A program made the position numbers and the translations under genes. The notes beneath the pieces are model-generated. The model ran no database searches. It was not told the origin of the DNA and worked only from the letters and a program-made list of their open reading frames with translations. DNA of 62,925 nt, counting the filler, from Reticulomyxa filosa (lineage: Eukaryota; Protista; Foraminifera), in NCBI GenBank assembly GCA_000512085.1. It is 20 parts of 20 records of this genome, joined end to end, with 100 filler letters (N's around TTAATTAATTAA, not from the genome) between each part and the next. Parts side by side here need not be neighbours in the genome. Positions count along the whole stretch, not along the records: positions 57,772 to 62,925 come from ASPP01003323.1; 19 more parts are not named here. One strand, written 5' to 3'. Every line of letters begins with the position of its first letter. Position 1 is the stretch's first letter. Below, piece after piece: positions 62,887-62,925 of this stretch.

Positions 62887-62925
<39 letters not shown>

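Overview
This window is not one locus. It is 20 short, unlinked contigs joined by an artificial 100-bp linker (44 N + TTAATTAATTAA + 44 N, stops in all six frames), so gene neighbourhood across linkers is meaningless. Eighteen contigs are AT-rich, intron-containing protist DNA. The poly-Asn tracts, (TA)n/homopolymer introns, expanded 'GVIGGNGYTICSGS' WD40 family and divergent alpha-tubulin suggest a foraminiferan such as Reticulomyxa (inference). Recognisable eukaryotic genes: Vps8, NAC-alpha, an axonemal outer-arm dynein heavy chain fragment, a Kelch protein, a WD40 gene/pseudogene cluster, a Sec63-domain protein, TM-RGS protein(s), a claudin/amastin-like tetraspan, a two-RRM protein, TFIIB, ELMOD, a TLC-domain protein, a Piezo-like fragment, a decayed LINE and a decayed VLIG-type GTPase. 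Two contigs are bacterial: acyltransferase-3/SGNH plus a PhyH-family Fe/2OG enzyme, and rpmA-rplU/ispB from a Neisseriales-like betaproteobacterium. Many single-base frameshifts fall in or beside homopolymer runs and look like sequencing errors. Most notable: (1) an intron-containing gene encoding a bacterial-type ParB-like nuclease (ParBc_2) domain between a signal peptide and a TM helix, i.e. a putative cell-surface ectoenzyme; (2) many introns ending in poly(A)+AG instead of a polypyrimidine tract; (3) a ~30-aa helical exon shared between WD40 and Kelch genes; (4) a bacterial Fe/2OG enzyme with a halogenase-type HxG motif. All family assignments are from motif recognition by eye; no searches were run.
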